64,000 bases of DNA from Eledone cirrhosa (Eukaryota): assembly GCA_964016885.1 (NCBI GenBank), contig OZ024762.1, forward strand, positions 10,168,001 to 10,232,000. The letters are read 5' to 3'. The translations under genes were made by a program, and so were the position numbers. The notes below the pieces were generated by a model that did not search any database, was not told where the DNA came from, and worked only from the letters and a program-made list of their open reading frames with translations. Positions 1 to 12,858 of this stretch are shown here, piece by piece; the stretch's first letter is position 1, and every line of letters starts with the position of its first letter.

Positions 1-228
1 CATTTACACGGTGTAGAATGGAGAGTGGGGCTGGCGGGGAGAGGGTAATAATGTGTAGTTGAAGGGTGGAGGGGTTAGAAGAGGGTAAGATACGCCGTGT
101 AAATAGCGTGTAAGTTCGTCAGCGTTAGTACAAGAAGGCATAGAATGTGAGTGAGTGAGAAGGAGGGACGGGGGGTATGAGAAAAAACAAAGAAAAAAAA
201 ACAAACGAAAAATATAAAATTAAAACAA

Positions 229-276
<48 letters not shown>

Positions 277-546
277 CACTATTTGCACGTACAAATCGAA
301 AGTCAATATAATGGCAGACGACATTGCACGCGGTCGTTCGTGACGTCACACCGACTCCAATCCCGGCGTTATGTTGTCATATATAGCAATCTAAGTCACA
401 TGAATGCCTGTATCATATTTGCTTATTTGGTTTATTTTCTTTTACTATTATACATTATATAGCTATGTATGCAGCTATCTATCTATCTATCTCTATATAT
501 ATATACCTACAGCTATGTATGTAGCTATCTATCTATCGAGCTGAGG

Positions 547-1000
547 TTGTATGGTGGACGAGGTTAAAAGGGCTGAGGTCAGACACCTTTCTCTCCGGCC
601 AACAACTGATTCTTTTCTTTCAAATACCACTTTGGAAGAAGAATCAGTATGGAGAGAGAGAGGTGCTGTACCCCAGCAAGTTTTATGAAAGGTGTGTGAA
701 AGTGGCGAGAATGGCCCGAGTGAATGGGCCTTCTCTCTATATCAGCCTGTAGGTTGAGGAAAAAGAGGAAGAGAGGAAAGGGGTACTCACTCTTCGTACT
801 CCTGGAGATGAGGGTTGCACATTTTTTTCGGGGGTATGTGTTACCCATATGTAATGTCTCCCCCTATTGGGGGAAAATCGAGAAATTTTTAAATTGCATT
901 TGTGATAACATTTTACACGTTTTTATTGTATGTAAACTACCCCCTTTTTATTTGTGCCCCTTCTTTTGTGCCCCTGTGGCTAATAAAGAAACATATCTAT
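547..1000 (+). mobile_element. 5'-truncated Tx1/L1-like LINE 3' end (ORF2 C-terminus remnant, 3'UTR, TATC tail)
   Basis: Frameshifted remnant VVWWTRLK...QQLILF/KYHFGRRI.MERE. AATAAA is followed by GAAACATATCTATC. A 17-bp direct repeat TATCTATCGAGCTGAGG lies at 530-546 and 994-1010. Homologous copies at 30308 and 59178. Confidence 0.65.
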
Positions 1001-1041
1001 CGAGCTGAGGGTCCGCATAAGGGGAAACACTATTGTTCTCG
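1001..1041 (+). ncRNA. Degenerate minimal type I hammerhead (A9 to G)
   Basis: CGAG CTGAGGG TCC-GCATAA-GGG GAA ACA-CTAT-TGT T CTCG. Homolog of the intact copy at 28021. Confidence 0.5.
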
Positions 1042-1214
1042 GTATGGTGAACTAACTGTTGTGGAACTACTACTTATATATATATATAAGTAATTAAAGA
1101 CTATCTCTCACTATTTAGGGTTTGTGTATATATAATATATTACCATCAAAGGTTTTATTGCATACATAACCATAAATAGTACCCTTAATACTATATATAT
1201 ATATATATATATAT

Positions 1215-1398
1215 GTAGGTAACACGGTAAAAAAAAACCAGTTCCACACTGTAAATGTGGTTGGCGTTAGGAAGGGCATCCAGCTGTAGAAAACCCGCCA
1301 GAGAGTCCTATGCGAGCAAGACAACCACTCTTGCCTCAAGTGGGAAAACTCCCGTCCAAACCCATGCAAGCGTGGAATATGGACGTTAAACGTTAAAC

Positions 1399-1428
<30 letters not shown>
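1215..1428 (+). mobile_element. 3' half of SINE family S2 with (GAT)n tail
   Basis: GGTTGGCGTTAGGAAGGGCATCCAGCTGTAGAAA...CCCATGCAAGCGTGGAA...GATGATGAT is shared with 20902, 25138, 28972 and 31969. Confidence 0.7.
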
Positions 1429-1429
<1 letters not shown>

Positions 1430-1553
1430 TAGCTATCTATCTATCTATACATACATGTATCAAAGGTATATATTGAGTTAGAAACTCAGAATAGTCCCTT
1501 ACAATTAAAATAGCTCAAGGTCCTTTATGATCTAAACTGTATTTATCTCTCTT

Positions 1554-1599
<46 letters not shown>

Positions 1600-1684
1600 A
1601 CTTACGTTATTTTCACAATGAAATTGCTTTTAGGGGCTGGGTCGATTTGATTATATCGATCCCGGTAAATTACACACTAATAAT

Positions 1685-1905
1685 AATAATTTCTGATATA
1701 GGTACATGGCCAACAATTTTTGGCTTTTATGGGTGGGCTGGGGGGAAAAGTCGATTAAATCGACCCCAGTGCATTGCTGGTACTTTATCTTCTCGACTTC
1801 GTAAGGATGAAAGGCAAAGCTAACCTCGACAGGATTTGAACTCAGAACGCAAAAGGCCACAAATCATGGTGCCAGACGCTCTACCGATTCTGTCAATCTA
1901 CCATG
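1685..1905 (-). mobile_element. Diverged tRNA-derived SINE family S1
   Basis: CTGGTACTTTAT...AAGGATGAAAGGCAAAG...GGATTTGAACTCAG core shared with more than 10 copies in the window. Confidence 0.7.
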
Positions 1906-2327
1906 CTAGCAATTTCTAATATAGAAAAGGGGCTGGAATATGATTACATAATGCCGACATCCTCACATAGCTGGTATTTCATTATATTATATTTAATTAT
2001 GTCATAATGTACATCGTGGGTTTCGTTTTTCGTTAGAAACTTGCGTGTCTTCCTGTTGTTATTTTACATATAATAAATAAGTATATAAAAAATATATGAA
2101 TTAGAAAATCAGAACCCCAACCACCATCTCAGACTGTCTCGAAAGTTCAACATAACTGCGATAAACATCATTGATTATATACATACATATATACACACAC
2201 ACACATACATATATATGTATATATATATATATAAAGCAATCAATTTAACCCCCCCCCCTCTTTATGGTTTATTGCGTGAATATATTAATCAGTCGTCTGC
2301 CTGGTCATCATTTTTGCTTTGCTGCCA

Positions 2328-2531
2328 TATATATATATATACACATATATATACACACATATATATATATATATATAGATAGATATGTGTATATATATAT
2401 GTGTGTATATATATATACACAAATATATATATATATATACACACATATATATACACACACACACACACATATATATACACACACACACACATATATACAC
2501 ACACACATATATACACCCACATATATATATA

Positions 2532-2573
<42 letters not shown>

Positions 2574-2679
2574 TATATATATGTGTGTATCTGCTTAACG
2601 GCATTTCTTTCTGCCGGTGAGATGAAAAGCTACGATTATATGTGTATGTGTGAATATTTATGGATATACTTATATATAT

Positions 2680-2710
<31 letters not shown>

Positions 2711-2981
2711 CGTAAATACCTATATATATACAATAATATATACAAATATATACACATATATATATATATACAATAATATATACAAATATATACACATATA
2801 TACACATATATATATATATATATACAATAATATATACAAATATATACACAAATATATATATATATATACAATAATATATACAAATATATACACAAATATA
2901 TATATATATATACAATAATATATACAAATATATACATAAATATATATATATATATATACATAAATATATATATATACACAA

Positions 2982-3012
<31 letters not shown>

Positions 3013-4042
3013 AATATATACATATATATACACAAATATATATATATATACAATAATATATACAAATATATACACAATAATATATACAAATATATACATA
3101 AATATATATATATATATACACAAATATATATATATATATATATACACAAATATATACATATATATACACAAATATATACATATATATACACAAATATATA
3201 AATATGTATACAAAAATATATACAAATATATACATAAATATACATAAATATATATATATATATATACAAATATATAAATATATATACAAATATATACATA
3301 TATATACATATACACATATATATATACATATACACATATATACACAAATATATATATATATATATATACACAAATATATACATATATATACATATACACA
3401 TATATACACAAATATATATATATATATACACAAATATATACATATACACATATATACACAAATATATATATATATACACAAATATATTCATATATATACA
3501 TACACAAATATATTCATATATATACATATACACATATATACACAAATATATATATACATATACACACAAATATATTCATATATATACATATACACATATA
3601 TACACAAATATATATATACACGCAAATATATATATATATATACACACAAATATATACATATATATACATATACACATATATACACAAATATATATATATA
3701 CAAATATATACATATATATACATATACACATAAATATATACATATATATACACATAAATATATACATATATATACACATAAATATATACATATATATACA
3801 CATAAATATATACATATATATACACATAAATATATACATATATATACACATAAATATATACATATATATACATATACACATAAATATATACACAAATATA
3901 TACATATATATACATATACACATATAAATATATTCATATATAAATATATACAGATATATACATATACACGTAAATATATACAGATATATACAACACATAA
4001 ATATATACAGATATATATCCATATACACATAAATATATACAG

Positions 4043-4075
<33 letters not shown>

Positions 4076-4355
4076 CAGATATATACACAAATATATACAT
4101 ATATATACAAATATATACATATATACACAAATATATACATATATACACAAATATATACATATATACACAAATATATACATATATACATAAATATATACAT
4201 ATATACATAAATATATACATATATACATAAATATATACATATATACATAAATATATACATATATACATAAATATATACATATATACATAAATATATACAT
4301 ATATACATAAATATACAAATATATATTTGTATACACACACACAATATACACATAT
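2328..4355. repeat. Compound (TA)n/(CA)n microsatellite-minisatellite block
   Basis: Continuous TA/CA-derived units such as ACAAATATATACATATAT. Confidence 0.95.
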
Positions 4356-4613
4356 AAAAGTGTGTGTTAGCAGATATGGCGTGTGTATGTATAATAATGG
4401 TGTCAGAAAGACGACTGCTTAGAAGTTGAACATAGGCGAGGAGGGTGGAGGTGGAGAAAGGGAGTTCAGTTAATGAAGCTAGTACAGATCATAGAGACAT
4501 GAGGAGGGGGGAGAACTAGAGATGAAACCGTTCAATAAAAGAAGAAAAAAAACTCTCTAGCAAATGTTTATATGTTTGTGTTTGTGTGCAACAGAAGCAG
4601 CCATTTTGGCCAT

Positions 4614-4685
4614 AGTTCGTCAAGTATGAAATTTGTAGACATTTGTAGAAAACAACAAATTTCTACAAATTTCATACGTGACCCA

Positions 4686-4723
<38 letters not shown>

Positions 4724-4880
4724 TGGTTCATCAAGAATGAAATTTGTAGACATTTGTAGAAAAAAAAAAAACAAATTTCTACAAATTTCATACTGGACCC
4801 AGTATATATATATATACTGGGTCAGGTATGAAATTTGTAGAAATTTGTTGTTTTTTCTACAAATGTCTACAAATTTCATA
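4614..4880. mobile_element. Three tandem palindromic ~80-bp MITE-like units separated by (TA)n
   Basis: TACTGG(G/T)TCA..ATGAAATTTGTAGA...TCTACAAATTTCATAC..GACCCAGTA, each with TA flanks (Tc1/mariner-like). Confidence 0.7.
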
Positions 4881-4902
4881 TATATATATATTTATATATA
4901 AT

Positions 4903-4985
4903 ACGGTGTCCCCCCGCCCCCAAATGTATACACACTTCAACAGCAATCTAATAAATATGTGTATACACTTTTTGGAGTCTCTCTG
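4903..4985. mobile_element. Tc1/mariner-like MITE (CAGGGTGTCCCC-type TIR), diverged
   Basis: Hairpin element homologous to 34729-34807 and 41098-41176, flanked by TA. Confidence 0.6.
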
Positions 4986-5440
4986 TATATATATATATAC
5001 ATACACATATATATATATTCTATTATTATCTGGCCAAAATGGCGACTGCGGTTGTATATTTTTGTTTTGGTTGGTTAATACAATTTTTCTTTATCATATT
5101 CACGCCACAATCTGATAAAATGTGTATATGTCGTCAGTGTGAATGTGTGTATATAAATATATCAGTTCCCGTCCCACCCTTGCAAGCAGGGAAAAGTGGA
5201 CGTAAAATGAAATGATGAAAATGATGATGATAAACACATTTATATACACACCACACACATATGTATGCATCTATGTATGTATAATGTGTGAAGTATTTTT
5301 TTTTTTTATTTTGACGAATCATTAAAATGGAGGGAAAGAAAAGAGACGAAGTAAAAAAAGAGTTTCGGTTTCGATTCCTAGAGACAGGAAGTCTAACTAT
5401 TGTTAGCCGAATAAGCAGACGATAAATGCTGCTGCTTCAA

Positions 5441-5661
5441 TAATTGTTTCTACTTTAGGCACAAGGCCAGCAATTCTGAAGTGATAGGAGGGAAAAGTCG
5501 ATTAAATCGATCCCAGTGTATTACTGGTACTTTATTTTATCGACCCCGTAAGGATGAAAGGCAAAGTTAACCTCGGCGGGATTTAAACTCATATCATAAA
5601 GGGACGTAACTCTAAGCTAGAAAGCATGGCGTCCGACCCTCTACCGATACTGCCAATCCAA
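5441..5661 (-). mobile_element. tRNA-derived SINE family S1
   Basis: Minus strand has A-box TGGCAGTATCGG, B-box-like GAGTTTAAATCC and body GCCTTTCATCCTTACGGGGTCGATAAAATAAGTACCAG. Confidence 0.85.
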
Positions 5662-5679
5662 CTGACTAAAATATAATAC

Positions 5680-5879
5680 NNNNNNNNNNNNNNNNNNNNN
5701 NNNNNNNNNNNNNNNNNNNNNNNNNNNNNNNNNNNNNNNNNNNNNNNNNNNNNNNNNNNNNNNNNNNNNNNNNNNNNNNNNNNNNNNNNNNNNNNNNNNN
5801 NNNNNNNNNNNNNNNNNNNNNNNNNNNNNNNNNNNNNNNNNNNNNNNNNNNNNNNNNNNNNNNNNNNNNNNNNNNNNNN
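5680..5879. other. Assembly gap (200 N)
   Basis: Run of N. Confidence 1.
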
Positions 5880-5993
5880 CACACATACATATATTGTTTG
5901 TGGAGCAAATGCTTTTGATGTACACTGTATGTGTTTATACATACATATATTGTTTGTGGAGCAAATGCTTTTGATGTACACTGTATGTGTTTA

Positions 5994-6041
<48 letters not shown>

Positions 6042-6354
6042 TATACATTGACTGTATGTATATGTTAATGGAAGTTTATGTACAATGGTCAGTGGTGATT
6101 TGGGTTCAGCAGATAGGGTGAAATGGAGAAGCTTGTTATAGAGTCTGTTGAGGGCCTGTAGCAATCACAAGGCTACCCCTTACTTCAGCAGCGGAAAAAA
6201 AAAAAAAAAAAAAAAATGGGGTCTTTGAATGGTTGCGGGAGGTGGGGTTTTAGATATAAAAACTGTTTTTAAATGTCACTTTATGTTACATCAGCAAAAA
6301 TCCGGAGAAACAGGAAGGGGTCAGAAACCAATTGTCTGATTAGAACAAAGGAAA

Positions 6355-6530
6355 TAATTGTTATCTATTTTTGGCACAAGGCCAGCAACTACCCCAGTGT
6401 ATTACTGGTACTTTATTTCATCGACCCCCGTAAGGATGAAGGCAAAGTAAATCTCGGCGGGATTTGAACTCAAATCATAAAGGGCGTAACTTTTTGCTGC
6501 AAAGCATGGCGTCTGACCCTCTACCGATAC
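6355..6530 (-). mobile_element. SINE family S1, downstream of the Elk stop codon
   Basis: Same S1 consensus. Confidence 0.8.
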
Positions 6531-7008
6531 TTGGTCTTCTTCCCATTCCCATTGCTGAGACTATCTACCAGTTGTAGACAACAGACAGACAGACAGGGAG
6601 GGAAGAGACTGGTGTGAGTGAAGGGGAGGAGGAAGGAGAAAAGGAGATTCGTATTGGTTTGTTTATCAACAGAAAGACAGTTATTGCAACAAAAAAAAAA
6701 ACAAGAAAATAAAAATAAAAATAAAAATAAAATTTAAAATAATTTTTTTTTTTTTTTTAAATGAAATTCAAAAAATTACCTCCTCCGTGAAAGATAAAAA
6801 AAAAAACAAACAAACAAAAAAAATCGAAAACATTTAAAGAAAAAGAAAGCAAAAAAAAAACAACGAACAAAAAAAAATACAAGGGCTAATGTCTCAGGAG
6901 GAGGGGGGGAAATTAAGGACTGTGCTTGTTTGGGGTGAGGATAAGGGTCCTCGTGTTAAGTTTTTATAAGTTTATAATTATTGTTGTTGGTGTCTTTTGT
7001 TTTTGTTT

Positions 7009-8166
7009 TTATAACACTGGGATAGTTCTTGTTGGGGAGGAGACGAGTACGGGAGAGGAGAGACCGTCTATGTTATTGTAACTGGACAGACCCATAGGAA
7101 GGGGCATGTGGGGACCAGCGTAGCTAGGGAACTGGAAGGCGCTTGAGGAATTGTAACGAGGACTGAGCCTTGTGAGGGGACTTAACGAGCTCCAGAAGTG
7201 TAGAAATGGTGCTCGTTGGCTTAGGATGGGCGATGCAAGAAAGATGGGCGTGTGAATGCTGGAGTAGGCGGCTGATGAGACCTTGATTGTGGGGCTCGAT
7301 AGTGGAGGGTCGACCTGCAGGTTCAGGGGAATCGGTTTGGGTCTTGCGACTGCAGAAGAACTAGAGGAGGACAATGATGGACTGTTGCTCTGCTTTTGAC
7401 GGGCTGCGTCCCGTCGTTCCTCTGCCGATGACGACGATGACAGAGACGAAGTGACAGGAGACGATGGTGGGGTAGGTTGGTAACAAGACGGGGAGGAAGA
7501 AGAAGAAGACGACGAAGGACGAGAAGACGACGACGAAAGACGAGAAGAAGACGACGAAGAAGAAGCAGGCGATGACAGCACCAAAGATGATAATGCTGGT
7601 GGTGATGATGGTGTTGATGACAATGGTGAGGGCCATGACGAGAAATCACTCTTTTTCTCTGAGTAATGGGTCTTGCTGGAATCACGTTCGTGAGATTCCA
7701 GCTTAATTGTGGTTGGTCTATGCTCGCTTCCTAACGAAGCAGCAACAACAGTACTAGAGGGATGATGCCAGACGCTCGACGAAGCTCGGTTATCTAAATT
7801 AGTGGGAGCTACAAAATGGGGATAGACACGCTGACCAAATTCCATGGCCAGACTTTCCATTTTAACCTTGAATGGAATTTTGCTTTCGATCTTCTCAATT
7901 TCAGGGAAGGAGACAAATTTGTAGACAAACTTTTGACCCATGACTTTCTTGATGATATTCTTGTCGTAGTAGTAACGCAAGGCACGGCTGAGCTTGTCAT
8001 AATTCATGTTGTTCTTGTTCTTACGTAAGCCCCAAAGTTTGGCAACCTCCTCAGCGTTAACCAGCTTGAATTCTCCATCGTTGTTGGTCCATTGGATAAT
8101 GTTGTGGTGCTGAGGATTGAGAAGAAGTTCCAGAAGGAATTGCCACAATGTTATGTTGGATTCCAT
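7009..8166 (-). CDS. ELK: ETS-domain transcription factor, Elk/TCF subfamily (ELK1/3/4-like); main coding exon, 385 aa from [10 protein letters not shown]
   Basis: N-terminal ETS domain ([10 protein letters not shown]...[41 protein letters not shown]), D-box-like [10 protein letters not shown]-box [15 protein letters not shown] and FQFP (DEF) ERK docking motif. A polypyrimidine tract plus AG acceptor lies 2 nt before the ATG. Confidence 0.95.
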   Translation of the reverse strand: MESNITLWQFLLELLLNPQHHNIIQWTNNDGEFKLVNAEEVAKLWGLRKNKNNMNYDKLSRALRYYYDKNIIKKVMGQKFVYKFVSFPEIEKIESKIPFKVKMESLAMEFGQRVYPHFVAPTNLDNRASSSVWHHPSSTVVAASLGSEHRPTTIKLESHERDSSKTHYSEKKSDFSSWPSPLSSTPSSPPALSSLVLSSPASSSSSSSRLSSSSSRPSSSSSSSSPSCYQPTPPSSPVTSSLSSSSSAEERRDAARQKQSNSPSLSSSSSSAVARPKPIPLNLQVDPPLSSPTIKVSSAAYSSIHTPIFLASPILSQRAPFLHFWSSLSPLTRLSPRYNSSSAFQFPSYAGPHMPLPMGLSSYNNIDGLSSPVLVSSPTRTIPVL

Positions 8167-8284
8167 TCCTAAGGAAAGCAAAAAAATAGAAGAAAAAAAA
8201 ATGGTAAATATATTTTTTTAAATTACAAGAAATACAAAAATAAGGAAAAATGTGAAAAACAAACAAAAACAATGCTATCATCAT

Positions 8285-8644
8285 TTAACCCTTTAGCATT
8301 TACATTACTCTATATATACTATTGTATTTTCACAGTAAAGGCTTTACCTCACATAATATCTCACATAGCATTTACATTACTCTATATATACTATTGTATT
8401 TTCACAGTAAAGGCTTTACCTCACATAATACCTCACATAACATTTACATTACTCTATATATACTATTGTATTTTCATGGCAAAGGCTTTACCTCACATAA
8501 TATCGAATCTATGAGATTTTCATATTATTTATTTTGAAACAAATACCTTAATATAAGTATAAGCAGCCGGTTACAGTCGGTTTGAACAGAAAGAGCTGAG
8601 AGAATTCTAGCCAGACCCAGCTGGTTTAAATGCTAAAGGGTTAA
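8285..8644. mobile_element. piggyBac-like MITE with internal ~60-70-bp tandem repeat
   Basis: TTAA at 8285-8288 and 8641-8644; perfect 14-bp TIR CCCTTTAGCATTTA / TAAATGCTAAAGGG. Confidence 0.85.
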
Positions 8645-8782
8645 TGTCTGTTTTTCTTGCTACGAAAGGTTGGAAAAGTGATGAGGGAACTGACCCCTTG
8701 GACAAGCTGCAGGACATCTAGATTATATATATATTGCAGGATTGTTACTGTAATGTACTGGGGGAGGGGGGCGAGTATGTGT

Positions 8783-8820
8783 GAGAGAGTGACAAAGAGA
8801 GAGAGAGAGAGAGAGAGTGA

Positions 8821-8854
<34 letters not shown>

Positions 8855-9312
8855 CAAAGAGAGAGAGAGAGAGAGAGAGAGTGACAAAAGAGAGAGAGAG
8901 TGACAAAGAGAGAGAGAGAGAGAGAGAGTGACAAAGAGAGAGAGAGAGAGAGAGAGTGACAGAGAGAGAGAGAGAGAGAGAGAGAGTGACAGAGAGAGAG
9001 AGAGAGAGAGTGACAGAGAGAGGGGGGGAAGAGAGGAAGAGAGAAAGAGAGAGGAAGAGAGAAAGAGAGAGGAAGAGAGAGAGAGAGAGAGGAAGAGGAA
9101 GAGGAAGAGAGAGGAAGAGAGAGGAAGAGAGAGGAAGAGAGAGAGAGAGAGAGAGGAAGAGAGAGAGAGGAGGAAGAGAGAGAGAGGAGGAAGAGAGAGA
9201 GAGGAGGAAGAGAGAGAGAGGAGGAAGAGAGAGAGAGGAGGAAGAGAGAGAGAGGAGGAAGAGAGAGAGAGAGAGCGGAAGAAGAGAGAGAGAGAGAGAG
9301 GGAGGAAGAGAG
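8783..9312. repeat. (GA)n / GAGGAA purine-rich microsatellite
   Basis: Direct reading. Confidence 0.95.
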
Positions 9313-9322
9313 AATGGCTTAC

Positions 9323-9454
9323 CTTTAGATTTTGTGTGAGCCGCTACTTGTGTACAAAGTCGTGCAGTGAGGCACTCGGCCCCGATAAGGTCCGGGAATC
9401 GGTTGGAATCTGTGTGTGTGGAGGGGGAGGTTGTGGACTGTAACTGTACCATGT
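9323..9454 (-). CDS. Candidate upstream Elk exon (132 nt), in frame with the ETS exon
   Basis: Acceptor TTTTCTTTCCTTATAG and donor AAG|GTAAGC. ATG at 9452 gives 43 codons plus G, which joins GA-ATG of the next exon in frame. Confidence 0.5.
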
Positions 9455-9794
9455 CTATAAGGAAAGAAAACAAAATAAGGATTTCTACTTTAGGCACGAG
9501 GCCAGCAATTTTTTTTTTGGGGGGGGAGGGGAATCGATTAAATCGACCCCCAGTGACAAGTGGAATTGAAGAGTTATATATACGGGTATTAAATTCAAAA
9601 TTTCTAACCATCCTAAAACTAAAAAGCCCAGCTGAGGGCACAAAAAAATTGCTACAGCCGTAGGGGCCCCGGGGCAATTGACTCCCTTATCCCGCATTAA
9701 GTCCGGCCCTGCCGTTATGACAGCTCACACCTATGCAGGTTTAGCTAGCTTCCTCCAAGGTATATCTCGTTGGAGGTGTCTTGGGTGATTTAAT

Positions 9795-9960
9795 GATAGG
9801 GACCCCAGTCCCTATCATCTCATTTCTACAGCTGAGTAAACTGGAGTAATGTGAAATAAAGTGTCTTGCTCAAGGAAACAACACATCACTCGGTCCGAGA
9901 ATTGAACTCACAACCTTTCGATTGCAAGCCCCATGCTCTAACCACTCAGCCATGCGCCTT
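9795..9960 (-). mobile_element. SINE family S2, 5' part (tRNA-like head and core)
   Basis: Minus: GCATGGCTGAGTGGTTAGAGC...GAGTTCAATTCTC...TTCCTTGAGCAAGACACTT. Confidence 0.8.
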
Positions 9961-10517
9961 CATTAGTCCATTTTAATTTAACTTCAACATGAGGCCACGC
10001 TCCTTCACAACGCTGCAAACTTATCAAAACAAATACACTTCTACTAGAAGTCTCACCTTGTTGAAAACTGGGTGTTTGGATTTACCAGTGCTAAAGTCAT
10101 AGCAACACAAAAACAAACAACGTCTTGTTAGTTCCTGTAAGATACTTCCGGTTAGCTGGCTAATTCGGTCGGGAGTGGGTTACACTCTGTTCTGTTACCC
10201 TAGATATATTTATAACATTACGTTACATAAAGAACCAAGTCTTCAGCTACTGTACCTCACCACATACACCACCGCCACCACCATATCGCTACCCCGAGTG
10301 TGTATGTATATATGTGTGTGCATGTATGTAGGCATGATGTATGCGTTAATGTGTATGTATACATGTGTGTGTGTGTGTAGGTATGATGTATGCGTTAATG
10401 TGTGTATGTATGTATGTATACATTCATATATGTATGTGTGTATGTAATTGGGCATGTATGTGTGTGTTATATATATGTAAACATGTATTGTGTGTGTGTG
10501 TGTATGTGTATGTAAAA

Positions 10518-10615
<98 letters not shown>

Positions 10616-11297
10616 AATACGCGTAAAAATTTTCAAAAAATTAACACACACACATTTGTACTTACCCACCCTTGCTATGAGGACATATGTAGCTATATAG
10701 GAATGTATTTATCTATATATAAATGTATGTATGCATCTATATAGGAATGTATGTATCTATATGTAAATGTATGTATGTATCTATATAAGAATGTATGTAT
10801 CTATATGTAAATGTATGTATCTACACATAAATGAATGTATGTATCTATATATAAATGTATGTATCTACACATAAATGAATGTATGTATCTATATGTAAAT
10901 GTATGTATCTACACATAAATGAATGTATGTATCTATATAGGAATGTATGTATCTATATAGGAATGTATGTATCTATATAGGAATGTATGTATCTATATAT
11001 AAATGTATGTATCTATATATAAATGTATGTATCTATATATAAATGTATGTATCTATATATAAATGTATCTATCTACACATAAATGAATGTATGTTTCTAT
11101 GTATCTATGTTTCTATGTATCTATCTATATAGGAATGTATCTAACTATATATAAATGCATGTATGCAGAAGTTATATTTAATTTGTTGCGATTCCAACAA
11201 ACTTAAAAGTTTATAACAGATATAAAGCACTCAACAAATTACTGGAGTAAATATTCAATATATTAATAAATGGAAACTATATTTATAAAACCATAAT

Positions 11298-11361
11298 TAT
11301 TTTATTATATATATTTCAAGAGCAACCAATGCAACTTGGTGCGCTTTCATCAGATAAAATA
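11298..11361 (-). ncRNA. Type I hammerhead ribozyme, family D
   Basis: TATTTTAT CTGATGA [AAGCGCACCAA...TTGGTTGCTCTT] GAA AT-ATAT-AT A ATAAAATA; 8-bp stem I and intact core. Confidence 0.75.
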
Positions 11362-11754
11362 CAAAATTTGTTTTATAAATAGTGACATAGCCATGGAAAA
11401 CAACCTTGACAGTGGAAAATTTTGTATCTATGTATCTAACTATATATAAATGAATGTATGTATCTAACTATATATATAAATGTATCTATATAGGTATACA
11501 GGAATGAATGTATCTATGTTTTTATACAGGAAGGAATGTATCTTTCTATCTCTAAGGCGGGTAAAATTCCCGAGATCCATGGACGAGTTCTCTCCAACGG
11601 TCTCTGTCCCTCATTATCGCTGCCATGTCCTGCGTCTCCAAAAGACCAGGTTTAATATATGTTGTTGCCCTAAGGATGAACGTATGTATCTATAAATCTA
11701 TATATGTATATATCTGTATGCGTATATACATGGGTACATGTGTATGTATATGCG

Positions 11755-12030
11755 CGGGGACATAGAAATAAACGGGCTGGAAACCCGATCGCGCGGTTAA
11801 ACCACTGGGAGTGAAGGACCCCTAGCCTTTGTCAGGGCATTCTTCTAGGAGAAGGCAACTCAGGAAACTGGGATAACTCCGATATAAAACCTGCAGCTCA
11901 ATAGTTACCGATAATGTTGATCTTTTCTTCTTTTCGGGTTATAGCTACTGTCGCTCAGAGAGTGGGATTGGCTCAGTGCACAGTCTTTCCTCACTTTAAA
12001 AAATATCTTCACGCACAGGCATTGCACGAT
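11755..12030 (+). mobile_element. Diverged relative of the bipartite RTE-like element (5' part)
   Basis: GACCCCTAGCCTTTGTCAGGGCA...CTAGGAGAAGG...GAGAGTGGGATTGGCT...GCACAGGCATTGC aligns by eye with 12340-12540. Confidence 0.55.
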
Positions 12031-12163
12031 AGAATTAATTAATAATTATCAATAATGTTATATCGTGCAATGGCCATACTCGATAACGAGGGGACAGCCA
12101 ACATGTATCTATATAAGTTTGAATGTGTGTAGCTATGTATGTATATAAGTGTGTATCAATATA

Positions 12164-12750
12164 TGGTAACATGTATCCCAGTACAACCTGTCCCATGGTC
12201 GTGTCGTTGGCGACTAAACTGGCAACCCTACCAAGGTTTCTTGGTGAGGAGGGTGACTTTGGACATCCTGCAGGACTAAAAACAAAACCTGTCAAAGGGC
12301 AAAGGAGCTCTTAAGAGTCAATGGCCATCCAAAATCACCGGGAGAGATGACCCCTTAGCCTTTGTCAAGGCAGAATTCTAGGAGAAGGAAAACTCTGATA
12401 TAACACCTGCAACCCTGATGGTATCCAATGATGTTGACTTGTTCTTCTTTTTGGTAAATATCATCTTGGTTAAGAGAGTGGGACTGGCTTTGTGCAGTGC
12501 CTTTGCTCACTATAAAAGCTTCACGGCACAGGCATTGCTTTATATCTGGATATCTCTCTGCACTTGTCGTCACATGGTACCATGGGCCCAGCACTATGTG
12601 TCAATAATTGTCACAAGTGTAGTGTTTGTACCAGAGTTTTCAAGTCGCTGGCTGGACTAAAAAGTCACCCTCGTTCAGCCCATCGGTAGGGGTTCTCCTA
12701 CATGGATATAAAGTAGTGGCCGTACTCGAAAACGAGTTGGCAGCCACCAT
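12164..12750 (+). mobile_element. Non-autonomous bipartite RTE-like element (~590 bp)
   Basis: Near-identical to 52494-53080 and 32391-32805. Its 3' part encodes a C2H2 finger CSVCTRVFKSLAGLKSH.RSAH followed by a stop. Confidence 0.7.
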
Positions 12751-12825
12751 GAATATATATATATATGTTTTAATTGACAAAATACAAACATATCCACAAT
12801 ATTTACACACACAATGAAATTAGTG

Positions 12826-12858
<33 letters not shown>

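Noticed and set aside
2264-4353. Long ORFs of YI/HT/CV dipeptides (also 12906-14427, 21168-21923, 23463-24508, 27272-28224, 39746-40364, 50654-51613)
   Set aside because: Translations of stop-free (TA)n/(CA)n microsatellites; no protein signal.
5880-5995. Two ~58-bp direct repeats next to the gap
   Set aside because: Probably the edge of an unresolved tandem array or a contig-end artefact.
8167-8181. ORF-track N-terminus MLSLG of the Elk ORF
   Set aside because: It starts at a non-ATG codon inside the polypyrimidine tract and splice acceptor; the exon begins at 8168.
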